Below, piece after piece: positions 14,140 to 27,720 of a stretch of 64,000 nt of DNA. The notes below the pieces were generated by a model that saw nothing but the letters and a program-made list of their open reading frames with translations, ran no database searches and had not been told where the DNA came from. The stretch is taken from contig NC_043012.1 in assembly GCF_006345805.1 (NCBI RefSeq), positions 18,228,001 through 18,292,000 of the forward strand, given 5' to 3'. This stretch comes from Octopus sinensis (Eukaryota). The position numbers and the translations under genes are program-made. How positions within the stretch are numbered: position 1 is the stretch's first letter; each line of letters begins with the position of its first letter.

Positions 14140-14365
14140 TCTTTTGTGTGTGTATTTGCCTGTGTTGTTCCCCTCTTCACCGCTCGGCAACCGGTGTTGA
14201 TTTGTTTACGTCTCCGTCAACAATCTTTTGTGCAAAAGAGACTGACAGATTAAGCACCAGGCTTTAAGAAGTGCTGGGCTCGATTCTTTCGACTAAAAGT
14301 TTTTCAAAACTTTGTTCCAGTATGGCCGCACTGAAATGACTACAGCAATTAAAATCAAATGATAA
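14140..14365 (+). mobile_element. SINE family B, 3' half, degenerate
   Basis: Matches the reverse complement of 34338-34540 (CGCTCGGCAACCGGTGTTG...AGTATGGCCGCAC). Confidence 0.65.
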
Positions 14366-15966
14366 AAGCCTAATCCGCCAGCGTACCGTTTTCTTTCTTT
14401 AATAGTATTTGGATATGTGTGTATTATACGGCTACCATCTCTAACACCTCGTCTAACCTTTTATAATATAATTTATTGATTTGGTTCAGTACAACTGACT
14501 AATTGTATATTATTTTATCAAAACACTTGTATATATCTCCAACACACTATATTTCCCAGCAAAGTATAAAGATCACATATTGAGTTGTACAAAGGAGAAA
14601 TTCGTAGCGATTATGGCAGCCAATTATTTTGGACAATTCAAAGATTTTTTTTTTAAAATTATGAACTAGAAAAATTTATGAATTTTAATGAATCGTTGTT
14701 ATCAAAAGAAGACGCCTGTTGTTTACTATGTGTTTCTTTTGTTTCTTGATGTTTGAGAATTTACTTCTGTTGAATTCGTGTCTGGTATATGTGGATATTT
14801 CCTAATAATACTAACATATTCACAAAAGATTTATCAATGCTATTTGCGACGATAATCAGGAACACCCTATAGGGCCTGTGTATGATTAGACAAACACTAT
14901 AATAAATTACAACGTAACATTGCTTGAGAAAAAAAAATCTGCGTAACAGAGAGGTAAACTTCTCAGCATTTGACCACTAAACCCGTGTGACAAGAAAAAA
15001 AAAACTGACTTAAATATTTATTACTTTACATCTGAAGATTGTTTGTCTAAAGTCATCGAATAATTTCGTGTTGATACTAATCTGTGTATTTTGTGTTAAC
15101 GGAACAGTAGTTTATGGCACGAAAGTTACAACTTTATAGAGATTATTTAGTGCTAGAGAGATGTGGTCTGGCAACAACGAAAAACAATATCAAAGAAATG
15201 TGAACTCCCGAGGATACAACTAGTGTCTATTTGGAAAACAAGATCTGGTTGCATTTAAATCTTCAGAATTCTTGTCTAAACTTTTGAAAAATTTCTCTTA
15301 ATTTTGTTTATTAATTTATTTGCTTCTGTACCTATGATATAACTTCAAATAAGATTTGTGGCTGTAGAGATACTTTAGAGTATGTGCATGCTTTCTATAC
15401 GACAAAAAGTCGAAGTGTCTTGTAAAGTGACGCAAATTTATGATCGACGTGACTAACTACATAAGATGAAAATCTACTAGCAGGATGTAGCCTGTCCTAA
15501 TATCAAATTACCACTTTTAATTTACTTTCAATATATCACCACGGAAGACGTGCTTTCAATCTTCTATTGATGTCAGTTAATTATCTCATTGCTGTAAGCA
15601 ACCTGCTGAGAAAACTGCTTAAATAGGCGAGGTTTCTTCAGTTACTACTTGACAACACTGGATGCTCGTCAAGAAAACAATCAGTTTCTCGAATGTGTTT
15701 GTAGGAGTGTAGATAACGTTCTTAAATATTTGTTACATTTTCACGATCATATCTTCTGAGATCTTATTAGTGATTATTTCTTTTAGTTCTTCTCATCCTC
15801 CAACTACGTTGGTCACTTACATCCATAATTAAATCAGCTTTCGTTGCCAAACAGAAAAAGAGAGGTGTTTGTATATACGCAGGAAAGCGCAAATAATCGG
15901 ACAATCCTTGCACATGTACGCACAAACCTGTAAGTACGTATGTATGTATGTATGTATGTATGTATG

Positions 15967-15998
<32 letters not shown>

Positions 15999-16196
15999 AA
16001 CACACATACATACACACAAACATATATATAAGCGTGGACAGGCAGACGCACACAGACACATATATAATATATGCGTTTGTGTGTGAGTTAGAATGTGTGT
16101 AGGATGTCGTATGTGAACTATTGTAAATGAGATTTTATAAAACTTGAACGATATCGTTATACATAAAGACATGCACAAAATCTCTCACATCACTCC

Positions 16197-16235
<39 letters not shown>

Positions 16236-17055
16236 GATGCATACATGCATACACAAATGCACATGCATTCACAAACGCATACACACTTACACACATAGAC
16301 ACACACATATACAAACTCACTCTCACACACACACACACGTATATATTCATACATACACAAACCTACGTATGAGTGTACGTGTGGCCGTGTATATATGCGT
16401 GAATAGAAATCTGTTTACGTCTAAATATCTGCATTGCACCGGAATTTCGCATGCGAGTTTCGGAAATTGTTTGAATATGTATTTCGTATTTATTTCGCTA
16501 TTTAAATGTAAATGCCATGTTTATCTTAACCATCCTTCCCTATTATATCCTCTCTTCCTTCCCCGAATGTATCTCTTGTCCAAATCCTGTTATGTTTTTC
16601 CTCTTTTTTTGTTCCCTTTTCTTTACAGATATTTACTTGCACTTCAGTACACAATTAATAAAGGACAACATAATAAATGTTCAAAGGCAACAGACCAATA
16701 TACATTTCGGAGCCTTGTGATGTTCTAATTTTTTCTTTTCATTTTTTTTTTTACTCATGTTATCATTAGAAAATCTAATTCAGTCTCAGAAAAAGCTATT
16801 TGAACATAGATTAGTCGAACATTATGATTTCATACGCCTCCGAAACGTATCCTCATCTTTTTTTTTAAAAATAGAAAGTACATTGGACCTTGATTGAACA
16901 ATGTAACACCGAAAATCAATTGTTTAGAACGTAATTAATCAGGAATGTGGCATTCAGTTACAGTAAATACATGTTGTGTATATATATATATGTGTGTGCG
17001 TATATGTGTGTGTGTGTTTCTGTGTGCGTATATGTATATACATACATATATATAT

Positions 17056-17120
<65 letters not shown>

Positions 17121-17365
17121 ATATGTATGTACATATATGCGTGTGTATGTAAGAGTGTGTGTGTGGCATATACAGGCATACAATATTTCTGATTAGGGCA
17201 ATGTTTCGTTCGATAATTAATCATCCCTGAATAAAAGAAACATGAATTAATTTTGAGCGATTGTTCGTAACTAAAGGTTTGTTTGTATTAGTGAAAAGTG
17301 TTGCCGCAAGGCAATGTTATTAAAACCTGCTGTGAGCATTTCTATATTTCACTGTTTTTATTTAG

Positions 17366-17695
17366 TATATGGCTCAGTGGTTAGAGCGTCGAGCTTACGA
17401 TCGTGAGGTTGTGAGCTCGAATCCCGGACCGGGCTGCGTGTTGTGTTCTTGAGCAAGGCACTTTATTTCACGTTGCTCCAGTTCACTCAACTGTAGAAAT
17501 GAGTTGCGACGTCACAGGTGCCAAGCTGTATTGGCCTTTGTCTTTCCCTTGGATAACACTGGTGGCGTGGAGAGGGGAGGCCGGTATGCATGGGCGACTG
17601 CTGGTCTTCCATAAACAACCTTGCCCGGACTTGTGTCTAGGAGGGTAACTTTCTAGGTGCAATCCCATGGTCATTCATGACCGAAGGGGGTCTTT
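17366..17695 (+). mobile_element. tRNA-derived SINE family D with V-domain-like central block
   Basis: A box TGGCTCAGTGG and B box GCTCGAATCC. Central GTGTTCTTGAGCAAGGCACTTTA resembles the conserved SINE central domains of the V-SINE type. Confidence 0.75.
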
Positions 17696-18398
17696 TACTG
17701 CGTCTTGCCAAATTTTGTGTACCTTAATTTCCTATGATTTTGACTGCTTATGATTCGCACGATACATATTTTAAAAAATACGAAACTATTATGTGAGTTA
17801 AAATTTTGGAAGGAATTCTTAAAAGTGGAGAATATGAAGGAGCAGTCTTATAAATCTCTTAAATCTTAAATCTTAAATCTTAAGTCTTAAATCTTTATAT
17901 AGTGTAAGTTAAAAACGCCTTTATCGACATGAATCTGATACTTTATCAAACATTGCATTGGCGGAACAGTTTTTTGTGTCTTTTGAAAAATACACAACGA
18001 AATTTGGAGAATATTTCAAAACTACAGAAAATTGGAAAGTCCACATAAAAAAGAATATTTAAAGTTTCGCCATCAATGAGTTGCTGTGTTGTTGATACTC
18101 CGCAGTGATTAAAAGTAAGTATACGATTGGTAGGATTTGAGGTGACAGCGCAGAGATCGGCAACAGGTATGTGTGTGTGATGCACGAACATCATTATTTG
18201 TCTTTGTTTTTAATTTTTGCTTTAAAGAATATATATATACAGACAACGATAAATAGATGCATATATGTATGTATATATGTATGTATGTGCTTCTGTATGG
18301 TAAGCACGATTCTCAATCCTTACCTGAACGCTAAATAAATCCAATTTTATCTCGGTGATTCGTCTCAGCAGTAACCTTCAAACGGTATTTGTTGCTAT

Positions 18399-18634
18399 AG
18401 CGAGCGGCGAGCTGGCAGAAACGTTAAAGACGCCGGGCGAAATGCTTAGCAGTATTTCGTCTGCCGCTACGTTCTGAGTTCAAATTCCACCGAGGTCGAC
18501 TTTTCCTTTCATCCTTTCGGGGTCGATTAAATAAGTACCAGTTACGCAATGGGGTCGATCTAATCGACTTGATCCGTTTGTCTCTCCTTGTTTGTCCCCT
18601 CTGTGTTTAGCCCCTTGTGGGTAGTAAAAAAATA
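18399..18634 (+). mobile_element. SINE family A, full length, with 15-bp TSD
   Basis: GGTATTTGTTGCTAT at 18384-18398 and 18635-18649 flanks the copy. Confidence 0.9.
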
Positions 18635-20774
18635 GGTATTTGTTGCTATGCATCGATGAGAAAAATATAATCTGAACTTACCAGGTTTTCAAATGTGGCT
18701 TTCGGTTAATCAAGAGAAAAGCATGCCAATGACCCTTTCCAGTGCTTCAGGGTCTGGAGGCGGGGATGGATGGCGATCAAATGTAAAGACGGTGTCTTCA
18801 ACCTTAAGGTCTGGTCCGTAATCCTGAAATAAAATGAACTTAGATACATATAGCTAATATCACCGAGTTGAAATGCGCGACGGAGTGAGTCATTCACTCC
18901 TGCTGAATGAACTTTCGATAAAATATGTTGCAAAACTACTACAAGACATACCACCTAATACTCTGAAGATACCACCAATCCGATGCCCTCAGAAAAACGA
19001 AAAGCTAGGTCGTGCTCGGAATTTTAGAAGCTGAAAACTATAGTGGAATATGTTTCGTTTGGCGTGTTAACGAATCTGTTATTCCACGATATTCTACATT
19101 GCTGGGAACAAATTTGTCCTTCATACATATCTAATCAGTAAAACGAAAGGTAAGTGTTTTGATCGAATTTCTGTCCAACAGTTGTTGCAACAATCAAGCC
19201 TGCTACTTTTATGATACAAGCTCTATCCATACCAATTACAAAACTAGCAATGCTATACTCCTTTATTTCATTTTGTTTTAGTTTTCTTTTCCTTGTAGTT
19301 TTGAGATGTTACAATGCAGCCCATCTGGGTTAACGGACGTTGAAGTATACTTTATTGAAAAGTGAATACATTGAAGAAAATTCTTCTCATGCCTACTTAG
19401 ACTGGGCACGATGACCGAAGAGCCACATATCCCAGTATTCAAGGCTGAATTGACACTTTGCTCCTTCTTTATGCGTTTCGAAGCTTACAATAAATGGAGT
19501 CAACATTCTACAAAGTAGTTGTGTGATCTTTGAGCTTTACAATATTATTCATCATGAAATTTTGAAAAGATTCTCTTCGAAAAAGCAATTGCCTCGTTGT
19601 TTGTAGAAGAACAAAAGCAACCGGTATCAATCGATGAAATAAACAGCATTAATTATTTGATTAAACCATGATTTTCTTTTTATTCTTATGCATATTAGGT
19701 ATAAATAACTATATAAATATTCACATTTCAATCCTCCTGCTCATAACAACACCACACCCGCCCCACCTCCACCACCATCACTAATACCACCACCACCAAC
19801 AACACCACCACCACCACCAACACCACCACAACTACCACTACTACTAGTATATGAGTACCCTTCCTATCGATAATTTTTAAAATACAGAAATCTTAAAGAT
19901 TTAAAAAGCAAATAGCACACTGTCTCACACACACATATACACACATACACACACACATATAAAAAACAAACAGGAATGTTTTCTCAACATTTATTCAAAA
20001 TGATTGAATTGCTAAGTGCAAGAATTTTGTAAAATTATATAATTTAATACAAATATATCTCCATTTTTAGAAATATAATATTTTTACTTGAATTATTTCT
20101 GTTCATGAATTGTAATGTATTCAGCAATGTTGAATAAAATCGTAGTAATGTTAGACTAAAAATATAGAAGTCTGTTCCTTACGAACTATACAAATATTTG
20201 TGAATATAGTTTCATTTTCACCTTTATAGGATATTCCCAGAAGAAAGCGAAATCAATTGAAAAATAGATTAACAGGAAATACATTTATATCTTTGTTTTC
20301 GTCTGAGATGTAGTTGGTTATACAATTACAATGAGACCACGCTGTCACGTGTGTTCACAAACACATTAGCTATCTTTTCTGTTTCGCCTCTCACTTCCAA
20401 TCTGTTTCTCAAGCTATCACTCGCACGCACATAAGCGACCGGTTCATCACCACTATACGCTCAAATACACATAAGCTAAAGCACATTTAAACAGACAACG
20501 CACACATAAACATGCGTACACGTACCTCCATGTGATAATCACGCATACAGACAATAATGTTTGTCTGTGTGTACACACTACCAGCAATCATTGGCCGGAT
20601 GTAACGTAAATACAGTCTTACGAATTTAATATATTTTGGACAAATAACCTAAAAACGGTACATAAGATATTTTGAGTTGGTCCTGTGATGCCGATTCAGT
20701 CATAACTGTTTCATCTCTGCAAATCTGAAGAAGGTTCAATTTAAGCTTCCTGAAGATGTACGAAATAAAAATAA

Positions 20775-21186
20775 GCGGCAGAAATGTTAGCACGCAGCAC
20801 GAAATGCTTAGTGGTGTTTCGTCTGCCGCTACGTTCTGAGTTCAAATTCCGCCGGAGCTCGACTTTGCCTTTCATCCTTTCGGGGTCAATTAAATAAGTA
20901 CCAGTTACGCACTGGGATCGATATAACCGACATAATCAGTCTGTCTGTCCTTGTTTGCCCTCTCTGTATTTAGCCCCTTGTGGGTAGTAAAGAAATATGC
21001 ATTTCGTCTGTCTTTAAGTTCTGAGTTCAAATTCCGCCGACGTCGACTTTGCATTTCATCTTTTCGAGGTCAATTAAATAAGTACCAGTTACACAGTGGG
21101 GTCGATGTGATCGACTTTATCACTTTGTCTGTCCTTGTTTTTCCCCTCTATATTTAGCCCCTTGTGGGCAATAAAGAAATAAGAAA
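20775..21186 (+). mobile_element. Two tandem SINE family A copies (20775-21000, 21001-21186)
   Basis: The family A body appears twice, each ending in CCCCTTGTGGG(T/C)A..AAAGAAAT. Confidence 0.85.
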
Positions 21187-21674
21187 TTGAAATAAAATCT
21201 TTACATTACATTTTCTTGTTTTCTCAAAATGTACAAGTTTGCCTCAGCAGTTTCTCCCTGATTCGTCCTGACAATCGGATGTTGGCATACACCGCTAATC
21301 TCAATGTACTTCTAATTATTTCTTGATGGCAACTTTCAATTCCATCTTGGGCTTTTAACCAATTCATTTAACTAAATCAGCTTCCCATCGTCGTGCAGGC
21401 TTTTCGAGTGGCCCGTTCTGATGTCTTGAATACCGCTCGGCAACGACAGGTATTCGCTTTCGACATGTCCGTCTCTGTGGAACTTGTGCTTCCGGTACTA
21501 CGCTTTCACGCCGTTCAATCTGCTCCGTTCTTTCATTACCTCATCTAGGCAATTACTCTAAATGCAATTTTTTTGATTTTCTTTCTAGCAGCAAACCTCT
21601 TGAAATCTCTCAATAGACTCACTCGAAACAGCAACAACAACACCAACAGCCACCACCACGACAGTGAAAATAAC

Positions 21675-21830
21675 AGTAATGGTTTCAAATTTTGGCACAA
21701 GGTCAGCGATTTCGAGGAAAGGAGTAAGTCGATTACATTCAGCCCAGCACACAACTGGTACTTATTTTATCCACCCCGAAAGGATAAAAGCAGAACTGAC
21801 GGCAAAGCGGTGGAATTTGAACGCAGAGCA
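21675..21830 (-). mobile_element. SINE family A fragment
   Basis: The reverse complement contains GTTCAAATTCCACCGC...TTCGGGGTGGATAAAATAAGTACCAGTT...CCTTGTGCCAAAATTTGAAACC. Confidence 0.7.
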
Positions 21831-22270
21831 TGAACAGGTGCTGGGCTAGCAAAATTGTTAGCACTCCAAGTAAAAGAGGCTGACTGCTACTCAGCTCATA
21901 TACCAGGAAATCCAGAATTGGAATAAATTTTAAAAACAAATGACCATGGGGACTGTCCATATCCTACGTTCAAATACTGTCTATATAATCCCCCCAATAT
22001 TTTAATCTGTAAATAGTGTGAAAATACTTTTAAATGTACATAACAGCAAATACCTTTTTTTGCTATCTTAACATCTGACAATCATCTTATAATCAAATTA
22101 CTTTTAAAACAAACTTTTAATTTACTTATGTTCTGACAGACATTCTCTAGAGCAATACTCTGTGCAAAACCAAATATATAACACCAACTTGAACTTCTAA
22201 ATTGTGGTCTCTTGGTGACTCTGGGTAAGACTTGGGGTCAAGTTCTACACATACAAGGCAAAAGCCAAAC

Positions 22271-22273
<3 letters not shown>

Positions 22274-22336
<63 letters not shown>

Positions 22337-22351
22337 CAACAACAACAACAA

Positions 22352-22386
<35 letters not shown>

Positions 22387-22431
22387 TACTACTACTACTA
22401 CTACTACTACTACTAATAATAATAATAATAA
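22274..22431. repeat. Compound trinucleotide microsatellite (TAA)n(CAA)n(TAC)n(TAA)n
   Basis: Directly visible. Confidence 0.95.
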
Positions 22432-23340
22432 TCTGAATTGTTGGTGTTTTCATTTGGTCTACCATGAGATATATTTGTCCTAATTTGACTAATTTCAACG
22501 TCAGTTTACCCATTGCAGCCTATATGTGGGTGTGTGTTTGTGTGTGCTTGCGTGTATTTGTGTGTTTTTTGTGCGTATATGTGTTTGTGTGTGAGTATGT
22601 GTGCAGGGAGATTTATTTATTGATATACATGCATATATTTACCCATATAACTGTGATGAGGTATATAATAGTGTTATTGTGTATATGTGGATAGTTGATC
22701 AAACCGTTGATAAATAAATATATGCGACACTGATTGGCTGTATATCCTTAGCTCGTATGTATCTACATGCAGCGGAAATAGAAATTTTGTGAATAGTAGA
22801 ACATCATAAAGCTGACCGTGACAATTAGAATATCCATCAGAGTTATGTAACGTGTAATTTGACTTGAAGAAATCAGCTTTCAATGACTCTATATTAACTG
22901 AAATGCGGATTACAAACTTACAAGAATATCGCCATCATTCCATAATATATAATGTCATGGAATTGTGTATGTTGTTTGGTGATATAGGTGAATATCCAGG
23001 AGATATAAATTATCAGATACCAAAGCTTTTTTCGATTGCATTTCAAATTACATTTGTTTTCGATAATATACGTAACATGCAATCGCCAAGGCAGATTCAG
23101 CCAAATAATAGTGATGCATATACGTAGAGTTAATAAGTTAGAAATATATAATCTTACAATCAAGAATCCATCGACTAACGGACTAAAATACACACCGAGA
23201 AACAAACACATACACACACACACGTCTATACGTACGTGCGCGCGGAAAGTATATACATACATATGTATATACATACATGTATATATATATATATATATGT
23301 ATATATTTACAAAAGAATGCATGTATATATATGTATTTCT

Positions 23341-23495
23341 TTATTGCCCACAGTGGGCAAACATAGCGGGGACAAACAAGGACAGACTAACGCATCAAGT
23401 CGACTGTATCGACCCCAGTGCGTAACTGGTACTTAATTCATCGACCCCGAAATGTTGAAAGACAAAGTCGACCTCGGCGGAATTTGAACTCGGCA
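23341..23495 (-). mobile_element. SINE family A fragment
   Basis: Reverse complement of the family A body (ATCGACCCCAGTGCGTAACTGGTAC...GTCGACCTCGGCGGAATTTGAACTC). Confidence 0.8.
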
Positions 23496-23710
23496 GAAAA
23501 ATACCGCCGTCCTATGCATGTATTATATTAACGTCCCTACCTCTTTCTCCCTCTCTCTCACTCTGTCTCTGTTTATCTATCTGTCTGTCTCTATCAATAT
23601 AGCAATGTATATACAGAGACAGGGAGAGAAGGAGAGGGAAAGAGAAGAGGTGAGACGGAGAGAATCAGCGTGGGTTATGGAAGTGTTTTAATATATATAT
23701 ATATATTTAT

Positions 23711-23799
<89 letters not shown>

Positions 23800-24398
23800 T
23801 AGGTATGATCACTTGTATAAGCAAAATATGTACATCTCAGAAATCAATATTAGGATTAGTTTGCGAAGTGTTTATATATATATATATATATATTCAGAGA
23901 GAGAGAGAGAGAAAGAGAAATAACAGATAGAAACATAGATAAATTGTTAGATAGAAAGACAGGCAAATACATAGATATTGAAGACAGAACATATACCCCT
24001 GTAAATATATGTGTTATATCGTGTGTTCATGTCACAATTTCTTTCCTTAAAATAGAAATGCGTGACCTATTGCATGCGTAGTGTTTGGAAGATCAGAAAT
24101 AGAATTGTCAAGCAGAATTACTCACGTTTCTGCCCTGTAATGCCTAACAATCACGAAAGGAAATGGTATTTCAGTTCAACAGAAAAATAGAAGTTATCAA
24201 TGTGTACAATATATAAAATTAGGTTTACTTCATGCTCCTCCCATTGCAAAATCTAACAGGAAACATAGATGCGTTACTGTTTAAAGTTGGATATACAGAA
24301 AGCTTAGATTCCTATTTCCTTTGATGTTTGTCCAGATTCCTTTTTTTTATGAACCTATAATCTAAACAAGCTGGATTCCGCTGTAAATAGCACATTCA

Positions 24399-24461
<63 letters not shown>

Positions 24462-24475
24462 ATATTTATATGTAT

Positions 24476-24539
<64 letters not shown>

Positions 24540-24867
24540 CTACTTTTGCCTCAGGTCAATTTATAACAATTTATATTTTATATCACACAAAAGCACATTT
24601 TCATGTGTTGTGAGTGTCTTATGGCTCAAAGTAAAATTACTGAATTGTATTTTGTTTCATGTTATATATTTATTGACTTTTAAAAGTATTCATATTAAGT
24701 TTGGAACGACTGCAGCGCAAGTGCTGGAAAATTGCGTTAAACATTCGTTGCCGAAGTAACATTTTCAAATTTATATTGGTAACGGCATCACTGCACTTTA
24801 AACAATATGTCATCTGTGAAACGTACCCCTTTTAAATTTCATTAACGGGGAGAAAAATATCATTATT

Positions 24868-25372
24868 GAGTGTGGGAGCAGCGTATGCAATTCAAAAGTG
24901 AAACTTAGGTAAAATATATGAAGCCCAGCATATACATTATGACTGCACGTCTCATAAAGGTACACAAGGCACATAAATCACAGCCATGTGTGCAACATGG
25001 CGATATCATTCGAAGATAAACAGCACATGATCTCACAAATGGGGCCCAGTTAGAATTTTATTCAAGTCGTGCTTAAGGGTTCTTTAAGGATGTTGAACGA
25101 AACTCCTATGTTTCCAGAGATGAATTATTCAAACCCCAAATCATACCTCTGAAAACATGGCTATGATGCTCCCCTACTATTTCTGCTCGTGATCAGAGAT
25201 GCACATATCTACAACCGGCAAGGGAATTCTCAACTGGTTAAGGTCAAACAACAGACAAATAAATCTTATTGGGCAGAATATTTGCTGTCAAAACAAACCA
25301 TGTACATGATAACACTTCGAATCAGTAAAGATCAAGAGCTATGGGGGACAATGACTGGTACTGCACCAGGGC

Positions 25373-25374
<2 letters not shown>
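24868..25374 (-). mobile_element. About 500-bp non-coding repeat bounded by TAA tracts
   Basis: 24868-24990 is homologous to 27145-27264. It is bounded by a short TCATTATT and by the (TTA)n array at 25375-25418. No tRNA head or ORF is recognisable. Confidence 0.6.
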
Positions 25375-25418
<44 letters not shown>

Positions 25419-25421
<3 letters not shown>

Positions 25422-26971
25422 TAGTTTTATTTTTATAGCGTGCTTTCACTTCACTACCGAGCGCAGCTCTGTGTGCCTTGGGTATGTGCTGTGATTTGTT
25501 GTGATGCTCTGATGGTTATTGTATGGAAAGTGTTCTGCGTAGGATGTGTGCAGTGCCTAGTAGTGCAATTTTCTGTATGTTATATGTGTTTGTAAGTCCT
25601 GGTTTTTTTGTTATGTATTTGTCTGAATATTTTTTTATCATGCCTAATGCACCTACTATGATAGGAATTGTTTCTGTTTTCAGATTCCACATTCTAGTTA
25701 CCTCTATTTCCAGGTCTTTGTATTTTGAGAGTTTCTCCATTTCTTTAGAGACACGTTGTCATCTGCCGGTATTGATACATCAATTAGAAAGCATTTTTTT
25801 CTTCATGATCTCTGACAACTATATCTGGTCTGTTGGCCTTAATTTCTCTATCTGTGTGTATCGGCATATCCCAGAGTATGGTTGCTTTCTCGTTTTCTGT
25901 GACCTTTTCTGGTGTGTGCTTATACCATCTTTTTTCTGTTGTTATTCCATAATGTTGGCATAGCTTCCAATGTATGTAGGTCCCAACTCTGTCATGTCTG
26001 TGAATATATTCCTTCTTAGCCAGGACTGGGCAGCTAGAGATAATATGATTTATTGTTTCTTGTCCATCACCACATATTCTGCAGTTACTTGTAATATTTC
26101 TTTTCATTACATGTTTTTGGTAATTTCTGGTGGGGAGGCTTTGGTCTTGTGCTGCAATTAAAAATCCCTCTGTTTCTGCTTTGAGTCCTGAGCTTCTCAA
26201 CCATTGCTGGGATTTTTCTTTGTCTATTTCTTTTGCGTTTAGTTTAGTCCAGTATTTACCATGAAGGGGCTTTTCTTGCCATCGTTTTATCATGGTTCGT
26301 TGCTGTTCTATTTTTAGTTTGGATTTCATTTGTTTTATAGCTTTTGTTGTTTCTTCATCTTTTTCTTCTTTTTCTTCATGTTTATTAGGTGGTATGATTT
26401 CTTGTTTGTATTTGTCAGCTTCCTTAAATACTGAGAACAGTTTTTTGTTTTGCTCGTGTTTTGCCGCTATCTGGATCAGTTTTCCTTCCTTCTGAAGTAG
26501 ATATTTTTGCAGTGATATGGTGGTTATTTTATAGCAGTTTTCCAGCTGTATAAGGCCTCTACCACCTTCTATACGTTGTATATATAGTCTTTCTATGTCA
26601 GATTTTGGGTGATGCATCCTAGATCCTGTCATTATTTTTCTTGTTTTCCTATCTATTTTGGTCAGTTCATTTCGTGTCCAGTTAAGGATATTGTAGCTGT
26701 AACTTATAACTGGGACAGCTAAAGTGTTGATACCTATTATCTTGTTTTTAGCATTGAGCTCTGTTTTTAGTATTGATCTAACTCGTCTATAATATTCTTT
26801 TTTTATTTTCTCTTTCATTTGTGTGTGTTGTTTCGTATCTAGTTCATGGATTCCTAAGTATTTGTAAGTTTGGCTTTGGTCTAATTCTTTTATTTCATTG
26901 GTTTTATCTAGTGTGATGTTGTTACTCTTAACTAGTTTCCCTCTTTTCATGGTTACTTTGGCGCATTTTTC

Positions 26972-26972
<1 letters not shown>
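25419..26972 (-). mobile_element. 5'-truncated R4/Dong-clade non-LTR retrotransposon (RT thumb, CCHC knuckle, RLE domain) in (TAA)n arrays
   Basis: ORF 26950-25784 has YKYLG, GGRGL, CRICGDGQETINHIISSC, RHDRV and NRPDIVV. After two single-base homopolymer slips it continues as LIDVSIPADD..EKLSKYKDLEIEV..PIIVGALG..ILRRTL (25740-25516). TAA/TTA arrays lie on both sides. Confidence 0.92.
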
Positions 26973-27065
<93 letters not shown>

Positions 27066-27073
27066 CATTATCA

Positions 27074-27114
<41 letters not shown>

Positions 27115-27144
27115 GTTATTATTATTATTATTGTTGTTGTTGTT

Positions 27145-27263
27145 GAGAGAACAGTGCATGTCATCAAAGTGACACGGGGGTAAAATACACGTAGCGCAAC
27201 GTAGCCATCGTGACTACCCGTCTGACAAGGGTAGATGAGGCACGTGCATCACAACTATATGTG

Positions 27264-27264
<1 letters not shown>
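27145..27264 (-). mobile_element. 5'-truncated copy of the 24868-25374 non-coding element, inside TAA arrays
   Basis: CAAAGTGACACGGGGGTAAAATACACGTAGC...TGACTACCCGTCTGACAAGGGTA aligns to 24895-24990. It is flanked by (TTA/TTG)n and (TTA)n. Confidence 0.7.
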
Positions 27265-27306
<42 letters not shown>

Positions 27307-27312
27307 TTATTA

Positions 27313-27464
<152 letters not shown>

Positions 27465-27480
27465 GATTATTATTATCATT

Positions 27481-27609
27481 CAGTAGTTTTATTTTTATAG
27501 CGTGCTTTCACTTCACTACCGAGCGCAGCTCTGTGTGCCTTGGGTATGTGCTGTGATTTGTTGTGATGCCCTGATGGTTATTGTATGGAAAGTGTTCTGC
27601 GTAGGATGT

Positions 27610-27611
<2 letters not shown>
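27481..27611 (-). mobile_element. 131-bp 3'-terminal fragment of the same Dong-like LINE
   Basis: Essentially identical to 25419-25549 (one visible substitution). (TTA)n on both sides. Confidence 0.95.
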
Positions 27612-27648
<37 letters not shown>

Positions 27649-27658
27649 TATTATTATT

Positions 27659-27720
27659 ACTAGCATTACGGCCGCCAGTCGCGGTAGACACGCTTGACCT
27701 TGCCGCCTTGTTTTATTTCC
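27659..27720 (-). mobile_element. Possible Helitron 3' terminus
   Basis: The minus strand reads CCGCGACTGGCGG (hairpin)-CCGTAATG-CTAG followed by T. No 5' end was found. Confidence 0.35.

Noticed and set aside
16628-16728. Strong acceptor TTTTCTTTACAG followed by short open frames
   Set aside because: No convincing donor and no recognisable peptide.
17366-17440. tRNA gene at the SINE heads (also 30892, 56340, 6345)
   Set aside because: The cloverleaf is incomplete and each head continues into a repeated SINE body.
21573-21833. Apparent exon AANLLKSLNRLTR...GFKFWHK with a GTAAGT donor
   Set aside because: The 3' part and the donor sites come from an antisense SINE family A fragment, and the 5' part is a CAA/CAC repeat.
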